This document shows, piece after piece, positions 57,674 through 64,000 of a stretch of DNA of 64,000 nt (the stretch's first letter is position 1; every line of letters begins with the position of its first letter). This stretch comes from Verrucomicrobiota bacterium (GTDB lineage Bacteria; Verrucomicrobiota; Verrucomicrobiia; Limisphaerales; UBA11358). A program made the translations under genes and the position numbers. The stretch is from contig JBEKRQ010000004.1 in the NCBI GenBank assembly GCA_049517655.1, positions 22,838 through 86,837 on the forward strand. The letters run 5' to 3'. The notes beneath the pieces are model-generated. The model saw nothing but the letters and a program-made list of their open reading frames with translations. It ran no database searches and was not told where the DNA came from.

Positions 57674-59134
57674 ATGCCAGGTGTTTTTATTAAAACCTAC
57701 GGCTGCCAGATGAACGAGCGCGACAGCGAAGCCGTCGCCGCGCAACTCGTGGCGAAGGGTTACACACTCGCGCCGTCCGAGGCATCGGCGGACGTGATTC
57801 TGCTCAACACCTGCAGCGTGCGCGATTTCGCAGAGCAGAAAGCCATCGGCAAGATGCAGAACATCGCCGCTGATGTCCGAAAAAATCGTCCGAACGTCGT
57901 GCTCGGTTTCATGGGTTGCATGGCGCAGAGCCGCGCACAGGAACTCATCGACCGCCTGCCGGACGTGGATTTGGTGCTCGGCACGCAAAAATTTCATCAC
58001 GCGGCGGATTATCTCGGCGAAATTATTTCCGGCCGGCGCGAAAAAATCGTGGACGTGGCGGAAGAGCAGGGGAGTGAAGCAACGATTCGCGAGCATTTGC
58101 TTTACGGCGCGAACGGAAAAAATGGCGTCGGTCACAGACCGCCGCTACAGGTCACCGCGTTCGTCAGCATCATGCAAGGCTGCAACCAGCGCTGCACGTT
58201 TTGCATCGTGCCGGCGACGCGCGGAGAGGAACGCAGCCGGAGCATCGCCGACATTGTTGCCGAATGTCGCGAACTCGTTTCGCGCGGTGTGAAGGAAATT
58301 ACGCTGCTCGGCCAGATTGTCACCAGTTATGGACGGAGACGCTCGCCCGACGTTGTGACGGTAGGTAGGGCTCGCTCTCCGAGCGAGCCGGTTGGTGTTC
58401 GGCGCGATGGGGACATCGCGCCCTACCGAATAAAGGACGGCAAAACTCCTTTCGTCCAGCTTCTCGATGCTGTTCATGAGATTGACGGTTTGGAACGCAT
58501 CCGTTTTACTGCACCGCATCCGAAAGGTTATGGCGATGATTTGGTCGGGGCTTACGCCCGCCTGCCAAAACTTGTCGAGCATGCGCATCTGCCCGTCCAA
58601 AGCGGCAGCGACCGCGTCCTGAAATTGATGCACCGCGGTTACACGCGCAAACGCTTCCTCGGCATCATTCAAAAATTGCGCCGCGCGAAACCGGACATCG
58701 GCATCACAACCGACCTCGTCGTCGGTTTTCCGGGCGAGACGGAGGACGACTTCGAGCAAACCCTTTCGCTCGCGCGCGAGGTTGAATTCGACAACGCCTA
58801 CATCTTTAAATATTCGCCTCGCCGCGACACGCCGGCGGCGGAGATGCCGGACCAAATTTCGCGCGAAGTCCGTGAAGAAAGAAATCAAATCCTGTTACGA
58901 ATAATCAACGAAATTGCTGCGCGCAAATACAAAAGGTTTGTCGGACGGCGGACTCAGATTCTCGTCGAAGGGCCGAGCAGGAAAAATCCGGCGCGCATGA
59001 CCGGACGCACGCGCTGCAATAAAATTGTGGTGTTCGACGGTTCAGAACGGCATCGCGGCCAGCTCATGGACGTGAAAATCACCCGCGCCGGTTCCTTCAC
59101 GCTTTACGGCGACCCGGCAATTGTGAATTTGTGA
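57674..59134 (+). CDS. miaB: tRNA-2-methylthio-N6-dimethylallyladenosine synthase
   Basis: FIKTYGCQMNERDSE, radical-SAM motif GCNQRCTFCIVP, LLGQIVTSYG, RIRFTAPHP, and a TRAM domain. It carries an in-frame palindromic insert at 58365-58426. Confidence 0.95.
   Translation: MPGVFIKTYGCQMNERDSEAVAAQLVAKGYTLAPSEASADVILLNTCSVRDFAEQKAIGKMQNIAADVRKNRPNVVLGFMGCMAQSRAQELIDRLPDVDLVLGTQKFHHAADYLGEIISGRREKIVDVAEEQGSEATIREHLLYGANGKNGVGHRPPLQVTAFVSIMQGCNQRCTFCIVPATRGEERSRSIADIVAECRELVSRGVKEITLLGQIVTSYGRRRSPDVVTVGRARSPSEPVGVRRDGDIAPYRIKDGKTPFVQLLDAVHEIDGLERIRFTAPHPKGYGDDLVGAYARLPKLVEHAHLPVQSGSDRVLKLMHRGYTRKRFLGIIQKLRRAKPDIGITTDLVVGFPGETEDDFEQTLSLAREVEFDNAYIFKYSPRRDTPAAEMPDQISREVREERNQILLRIINEIAARKYKRFVGRRTQILVEGPSRKNPARMTGRTRCNKIVVFDGSERHRGQLMDVKITRAGSFTLYGDPAIVNL
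58365..58426. repeat. GTAGGG...CCCTAC palindromic element located inside the miaB reading frame
   Basis: GTAGGGCTCGCTCTCCGAGCGAGCC GGTTGGTGTTC GGCGCGATGGGGACATCGCGCCCTAC has two stem-loops. It is translated as ..GRARSPSEPVGVRRDGDIAPY... Confidence 0.85.
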
Positions 59135-59136
59135 GG

Positions 59137-59312
59137 AGCTAACGATCCAAAGCTGCCTGCCCCGGCGTAGCTCGGCTAGAGCGAAGATGGGAGCCACGGC
59201 CATAGGAGGCTAGGCCAGCTATGCAACTCTGATAATCGAATTTCATTTGTCGGTCGAAACTGAAGGGGTCCCGATGCTGTTTATCGGGATTGGCTCCGGC
59301 GACTTGTCAGGC
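59137..59312. repeat. attC-like imperfect palindrome, copy A (AGCTAAC...GTCAGGC)
   Basis: The left 62 nt and right roughly 45 nt are identical to copy B. Architecture: box, GATCCAAA, GCTGCCTGCC ... GGCTCCGGC, GACTT, box. Confidence 0.5.
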
Positions 59313-59335
59313 GGCACGTGCGGTTCCTCCGTGAG

Positions 59336-59788
59336 TTATTCCTTGACCCGCTTGGCTTCCCAATCGCGCGTGAAGGACTCGCCCGCCCACTTGGTTTCAA
59401 CGGTGCCTTGGATCATGTCACCAGTGATCTTCCCGTGGAATTTCTTCACGGCGTTTTGCCCTTTCCCCGATTCTGTGTGGAGGATAACGGTAAAGGAAAT
59501 CTCGCTCGCCTTGAGCTTCGCGTCTTGGAGGACCATTTTGATGTCTTGCTGGCCGCGACGGCGAGTCAATGTACCTGTCAACTTGTCTCCTTCCAGCTTG
59601 AGTTTGAGAGTGGGTTGAAACGTCTGACTCTTGCCAGAGTTGTTCGTCTGGCCTTTGCCAGAGTCAATGTAAGTCACCTTCCAAGTCCCAGTGAGGTTGG
59701 CTGTAGGCTCCTCGGCGCTGACGGTTGGGCCGGTGACGGCTAGGAACAGTAATGCGGTTGTTAAACAGATGCTTTGCTGTAGTTTCAT
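59336..59788 (-). CDS. Small secreted protein, hypothetical (150 aa)
   Basis: Signal peptide MKLQQSICLTTALLFLAVTGPTVSA followed by a beta-rich sequence. No motif recognised. Confidence 0.55.
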   Translation of the reverse strand: MKLQQSICLTTALLFLAVTGPTVSAEEPTANLTGTWKVTYIDSGKGQTNNSGKSQTFQPTLKLKLEGDKLTGTLTRRRGQQDIKMVLQDAKLKASEISFTVILHTESGKGQNAVKKFHGKITGDMIQGTVETKWAGESFTRDWEAKRVKE

Positions 59789-59866
59789 AGGTGTTTACGT
59801 GGTTAATGTTGAACTTTCACACAACTCTTCGGACAGTCTTGCAATCAAATCGTCACACTCAATGCC

Positions 59867-59996
59867 GCCTAACGATCCAAAGCTCAGCCACGCGGGACCA
59901 AAAACCGTGAACCGCGAAGCGGAACTGGCTTGTCGCGCCATAGCGTAGCGACGGCGGAAGCGGCCATCCCGCCTTGGCTGCAGCGATTTGTCAGGC
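59867..59996. repeat. attC-like imperfect palindrome, copy C (GCCTAAC...GTCAGGC)
   Basis: GCCTAAC-GATCCAAA-GCTCAGCC-A-CGCGGGA ... TCCCGC-CTT-GGCTGCAGC-GATTT-GTCAGGC. The arms pair with a single bulged base. The TCA at 59991-59993 is the stop of the PEP-CTERM ORF. Confidence 0.55.
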
Positions 59997-60677
59997 AGCA
60001 ATCTTTTTGCATTGCGAATGACGCCATGCTGCCCCTGCTGCCGAGAGAGCGCAGACTACGAACCAGCAAGGGCTCGGTTCTGGTACGGGGACAACCATCA
60101 CATCGTCGACGTACTGATAAGTATCGTCCGCCTGATCGAAATTTCGCAACATCGTGATTCTGATCTCATGATTTCCTGCCGGCACGTTTGTCATGATCCC
60201 AGCGAGCGTGTCCCTTTTGATTTGCCCCGCCAACAATTGACCGGAGGCCCAACTATCTATCACCACCCCATCAAGAAGAAGTTGAAACGTGCCTCCATCG
60301 TTGTTTCCGCCGACAGGGAAGTCGTATTGGGCTGCGACATGGAGCGAAAACTGAAGATTGGTAGCCCCATTCAAGGAAAAATCCTGAAACAGTCCCCCTC
60401 CTTGTTGGCCTGGCTGGCCGTTGAATCGATCACGCCCAACGGAAAGTGTCGCGGCAAATGTGTTGCTGCCAACCCCTGCGACGTCGAACTGGAGCACGGC
60501 AGGTACAGTGTTAAATGTATCACTGATGTCGCCTCCGGGTGTAGTAAACAGAGTCCAAGGAGTAAACAGCCCAGTCTCGAAGTCGGCATTCTGGATCAGT
60601 GTAGCGCCTTGAATAGGCGCTTCTACCCAGAGAACGAACAAGCCTGCCACTAGTTTTAAGAATTGCGTTGTCTTCAT
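59991..60677 (-). CDS. PEP-CTERM sorting-signal protein with jelly-roll-like domain
   Basis: Signal peptide. LIQNADFETGLFTPW resembles a carbohydrate-binding-module opening. C-terminal VPEPSPCWFVVCALSAAGAAWRHSQCKK gives PEP, a TM helix and a basic tail. Confidence 0.75.
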   Translation of the reverse strand: MKTTQFLKLVAGLFVLWVEAPIQGATLIQNADFETGLFTPWTLFTTPGGDISDTFNTVPAVLQFDVAGVGSNTFAATLSVGRDRFNGQPGQQGGGLFQDFSLNGATNLQFSLHVAAQYDFPVGGNNDGGTFQLLLDGVVIDSWASGQLLAGQIKRDTLAGIMTNVPAGNHEIRITMLRNFDQADDTYQYVDDVMVVPVPEPSPCWFVVCALSAAGAAWRHSQCKKIAA

Positions 60678-60698
60678 GCCTCGCTATCCCTCTATGTC

Positions 60699-60908
60699 GC
60701 CTAACGATCCAAAGCTGCCTGCCCCGGCGTAGCTCGGCTAGAGCGAAGATGGGAGCCACGGCCATCCGTCTTCGCTCCGAAGCTACGACGGGACAGACCG
60801 GCGGCCAACTCAGCAATGCAATCTGGACTCTCATATTTCATAACTCAACCGAAAACTCAAGGGGTCCCGATGCTGTTTATCGGGATTGGCTCCGGCGACT
60901 TGTTAGGC
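60699..60908. repeat. attC-like imperfect palindrome, copy B (GCCTAAC...GTTAGGC), with an internal extra hairpin
   Basis: Both boxes are perfect. The interior carries CCGGCGTAGCTCGGCTAGAGCGAAGATGG..CCATCCGTCTTCGCTCCGAAGCTACGACGG. The right arm is translated as the last 17 aa of the TlpA-like ORF. Confidence 0.5.
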
Positions 60909-61492
60909 CTCTGTCTCAACGAATCAATGAACTTGATAACCGACGGGTGAGACCAATCTGCTGACCCGACGTGTTTGAAGACAATCATCCCGTGCGTATC
61001 TATTACAAATGTAGCGGGAATGCCATCGGTCTTATACACACCCGGCAACTGATACCCACTCAGTGAAAAAATGGGAGCTTCAGAATCAAGCGCACCTCTG
61101 TTCTTAAAAATCGTATTGGCGGACTCTTGACTCAAACAAATAACAGCCACGTCCTTGTCGGCTGAATAATGGGCGGCCAGCTTGCCAAGACTGGGCAACT
61201 CTGCCATACAAGGCATACACCATGTCGCCCAGACGTTTAGGATAACCACACGACCGCGATAATCTTTGAAATTCAGTGACGTGCCATTCTTGCCAACTGC
61301 GGTGAACTCGAATCCGGCTGGCTGCGGCGTGGAAAACTCAGGAGGCGAGAGATGCACTTGCTTGAGCATCTTTGTTTCCATGGGCTTGAGCCAAAAATAG
61401 TAAGCGGAAAATATGAGAGCGACAATGCATGTGAAGCAGCTTGCAAAACCTGCCGCAAAAATGAGCCACGATTTAAGTGATGGAATACGCAT
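60857..61492 (-). CDS. TlpA-like thiol-disulfide oxidoreductase (thioredoxin fold, membrane-anchored)
   Basis: N-terminal TM helix. ILNVWATWCMPCMAELP contains the CxxC motif. GIPATFVID. Confidence 0.8.
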   Translation of the reverse strand: MRIPSLKSWLIFAAGFASCFTCIVALIFSAYYFWLKPMETKMLKQVHLSPPEFSTPQPAGFEFTAVGKNGTSLNFKDYRGRVVILNVWATWCMPCMAELPSLGKLAAHYSADKDVAVICLSQESANTIFKNRGALDSEAPIFSLSGYQLPGVYKTDGIPATFVIDTHGMIVFKHVGSADWSHPSVIKFIDSLRQRPNKSPEPIPINSIGTP

Positions 61493-61600
61493 AAAAGGTC
61501 TAACAGTGAGTAGGCGGCGTTGTATGCAGCCTATCTCGTTTCATGATTTTGACTTTGCTCCCAGCGAAAATGTTTGTCCAGAGAAAATGGTTTACGCTTC

Positions 61601-61709
61601 GGTGGGGCGAGCGCTCGTCTGGCCGAAGTCTTACGAAGGCCGATCCTCGCGAGCCGGTTCTGTCGCACGGAGTTTAGTGGTGGCGGCTCGTCAGTAGCCT
61701 CGCCCCACC
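61601..61709. repeat. GGTGGGGCGAG...CTCGCCCCACC bounded palindromic element
   Basis: The left 53 nt are the reverse complement of 42481-42533. The terminal 11-mers are complementary. Confidence 0.8.
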
Positions 61710-61773
61710 AAAACTAAACCCAGATCGAATTTTTCGTGTCCATTTGTGTTCATTCGTGGTTTAATTCCCAAAG

Positions 61774-62328
61774 ATGAAACTGTCGCTGCTTTCCATTTTG
61801 CTCGGTCTCGGCGTGAGCGTGCCACAAATTATTGGTCTGGCCAGACCGGCGCAATTAACCGCTGCCGTGCGCAAATTTCCGCGCAATCTGCCCATCGGTA
61901 TCGTGCTTATGTTACTCGGCACGGCATGGTTTGTGTGGAATGTGAACGTCGAACCGATTGCGGATTTCTCGGTTTTCAAACCGTATATGATGGCCGGTTT
62001 CGTGGCGGTTGGAATTTTATCGTGCATTTTTGTCCGGGATTTTCTGGCCGTGCGTGGCCTGGCCATCCTGATGTTGTTGCTGGCGAAATTAATGGTGGAC
62101 ACGGGCCGTCCACATCTGGGCGAAACGCCGTGGGTGCTGGTGATTCAAGTTTGGGCTTATGTGCTCGTTGTCGCGGGAATTTGGTTCACCATCACGCCGT
62201 GGCGATTACGCGATTTTCTGAATTGGGCGACAGCGACTGAAGAACGCATCCTCATCGGCTGTTCCATTCGATTGGCATTTGCGGTGTTCGTGTTGATTCT
62301 CGGCCTGACTGCTTTCCGCTCGATGTAA
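61774..62328 (+). CDS. Hypothetical polytopic membrane protein (184 aa)
   Basis: Five or six hydrophobic helices. No motif recognised. Confidence 0.5.
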   Translation: MKLSLLSILLGLGVSVPQIIGLARPAQLTAAVRKFPRNLPIGIVLMLLGTAWFVWNVNVEPIADFSVFKPYMMAGFVAVGILSCIFVRDFLAVRGLAILMLLLAKLMVDTGRPHLGETPWVLVIQVWAYVLVVAGIWFTITPWRLRDFLNWATATEERILIGCSIRLAFAVFVLILGLTAFRSM

Positions 62329-62376
62329 TCCGCTTCCGGTCTGCAAGGATTTTGTGGTGTGACAAGCCGCCTGGTT

Positions 62377-62415
62377 TGTCACCAAAATGTAACATTCCCG
62401 CCCCTTGGCTGTAAC
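62377..62415 (+). promoter_or_regulatory. Pho-box-like direct repeats upstream of the porin-pstS pair
   Basis: TGTCAC (62377), TGTAAC (62388) and TGTAAC (62410) are spaced 11 and 22 nt apart. An inverted TGTCAC half-site lies at about 62358-62365. The porin ATG is at 62441. Confidence 0.4.
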
Positions 62416-62440
62416 AGTGTTGTTCTAATTTTCTATCGCG

Positions 62441-63793
62441 ATGCAAACAACGATTATGAAAAAAACCAAAAGACTAAATTCCTCAAAAGCGGCGCTGTTT
62501 GCCGGTGCAGCAGCGTTAATGGCTTTAACCCCGAACACTCATGCGCAATCGTCCGTGGACGCGTTGCTCAACAAGCTGGAGCAAAAAGGCGTTCTCACTG
62601 TGGACGAGGCGCAGGCGTTGAAGACCGAAAACCAGCAGGACTTCAAAATCGATATGGACAAGGCATTCAATTCCAAGTTCCCGATGCCGGACTGGGTGAC
62701 GGGTTACAAATTGAGCGGCGACTTCCGCGGACGATTCGACGACATGAACTCGCACAATGCCGCCATAGTGGATCGTGAACGGTTGCGCTACCGCCTGCGC
62801 GTAGGTTTGCAAGTGAACATGAAGGACGATCTTGAAGTCGGGTTCCGGTTGGCGTCGGGCGATAATAGTCAGGGCAGTCCCAGCAGCCCGCTTTCCAACA
62901 ACCAGACCCTGGCGGGAAATGGCAGCAAGAAGCTGCTTTATATAGACACCGCTTATGGCAAGTGGACGCCCATTCACAATGATGATTGGAAGCTGTCGGC
63001 GACCATTGGCAAAATGGTCCAGCCTTTCGACGCCTCATATATGTTGTTCGACCCCGATTATACCCCGGAAGGCGGCGCTTTGCAGGCGACTTACAAATTC
63101 AACGACAACCAATCACTCCGATTCAACGCCGCGGGTTTCGTGCTGGACGAAATCAAAACTTCAGCCCGCGATCCGTTCATGTATGGCGGTCAAGTGCTTT
63201 GGGATTCAAAGTGGACATCAAAGATTGGCACGACGCTCGGGGTTTCGGCTTACGACATTGTCAACAAGGAAAGCTTGACCAACAATTACGACACAAACCT
63301 GGGTAATACCCTCGTCGGCGGCCTTTTTAAGTATAACTATAATCCCGTTGTTGCCAGTGGCAGCGTCACTTACACGCTGGATAGCTTCCCTCTTTACCCT
63401 GGCGCGTTCCCCATCAAACTCGCCGGTGAATTCATGGACAACCCCGGAGCGCCCAGCAACAATGAGGGCTGGAATGCAGGAGTCACCTTCGGCAAATCGG
63501 GCAAAAAAGGGACTTGGGATATTTCCTATCGTTATCAACGATTGGAAGCCGATGCTTGGTGGGATCAAGTCGTGGATGATGATAATGCAGCGGCCTTCCC
63601 AACCTCTCGCACGGCTGCAGGACTGGCAGGCGGCACAAACATCAAAGGTCATCTCGTCAAATTTGACTATTCGATCTTTGATTCGCTGACCTTCTCATTC
63701 ACGTGCTATGTGAACGATTTGATCAACAATCCTTATCCGCCGGCGAAGACCGACGCTCTTCACGCGATGGCCGACATCATGTGGAAATTCTAA
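62441..63793 (+). CDS. Outer-membrane porin, probably phosphate-selective (OprO/P-like context)
   Basis: Signal peptide, N-terminal helix SSVDALLNKLEQKGVLTVDEAQALK, alternating beta pattern, terminal ..ADIMWKF. Directly followed by pstS. Confidence 0.65.
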   Translation: MQTTIMKKTKRLNSSKAALFAGAAALMALTPNTHAQSSVDALLNKLEQKGVLTVDEAQALKTENQQDFKIDMDKAFNSKFPMPDWVTGYKLSGDFRGRFDDMNSHNAAIVDRERLRYRLRVGLQVNMKDDLEVGFRLASGDNSQGSPSSPLSNNQTLAGNGSKKLLYIDTAYGKWTPIHNDDWKLSATIGKMVQPFDASYMLFDPDYTPEGGALQATYKFNDNQSLRFNAAGFVLDEIKTSARDPFMYGGQVLWDSKWTSKIGTTLGVSAYDIVNKESLTNNYDTNLGNTLVGGLFKYNYNPVVASGSVTYTLDSFPLYPGAFPIKLAGEFMDNPGAPSNNEGWNAGVTFGKSGKKGTWDISYRYQRLEADAWWDQVVDDDNAAAFPTSRTAAGLAGGTNIKGHLVKFDYSIFDSLTFSFTCYVNDLINNPYPPAKTDALHAMADIMWKF

Positions 63794-63847
63794 CCGGAAT
63801 GTAACGTGAACAAACAATGCAAAACTGATTAACTCTTTATTTGAAAT

Positions 63848-64000
63848 ATGAAAAAATTGATTCTCCTGCTCCTCGGCGGCGGCTGTTTGCTCGCCGCGCA
63901 AACCGGCGCGCAAGCGCAATTGCTCATCAACGGCGCGGGCGCGACATTCCCGTATCCAATCTACTCGAAGTGGTTCGACGCCTACACACAGGTGGATCCG
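63848..64000 (+). CDS. pstS: Phosphate ABC transporter substrate-binding protein, N-terminal part (runs off the window)
   Basis: MKKLILLLLGGGCLLAAQTGAQAQLLINGAGATFPYPIYSKWFDAYTQ. The GAGATFPYP..YSKWF block is the PstS signature. Confidence 0.85.
   Translation, partial: MKKLILLLLGGGCLLAAQTGAQAQLLINGAGATFPYPIYSKWFDAYTQVDP

Overview
High-GC chromosomal segment. From gene content, a PEP-CTERM protein and the repeat families, I infer a PVC-group bacterium, probably Verrucomicrobiota. About 60 protein genes are called, mostly housekeeping: secA (partial), lpxI, gnd, panB, thiG, hisA, rpsP-KH-trmD-rplS, hisS, shc, pyrK-pyrD, dapF, aroC, trpA, typA, an EF-G paralog, miaB and pstS (partial). I saw no rRNA, tRNA, CRISPR array, transposase or integrase. 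Five things do not look ordinary. (1) Two small clusters of low-GC minus-strand ORFs (20.6-21.6 kb and 59.1-61.5 kb) are separated by a shared imperfect-palindrome element. Its ends fit the integron attC boxes (GCCTAAC / GTTAGGC), and the ORFs sit in cassette position. This looks like attC clusters without an integrase (CALIN-like). (2) A carbamoyltransferase fused to an SxtJ-like membrane domain forms an operon with a DUF5989 micro-protein and an SGNH/TPR protein. The operon is bracketed by two copies of an ECF sigma gene 5' end. (3) A visibly AT-rich island (about 23.1-25.3 kb) carries two divergent membrane proteins with no recognisable function. (4) Several families of palindromic repeats are dense here. 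They supply stop codons, a protein C-terminus, and in-frame insertions inside miaB and hisA. (5) Short 7- or 10-nt tandem arrays abut many start codons. Smaller items are a tandemly duplicated PAS domain in a pseudo-receiver/PP2C regulator, a Pho-box-like site upstream of a porin-pstS pair, and a 1749-aa multidomain S8 protease. All functional calls come from reading the translated ORFs and motifs by eye. No database search was run.
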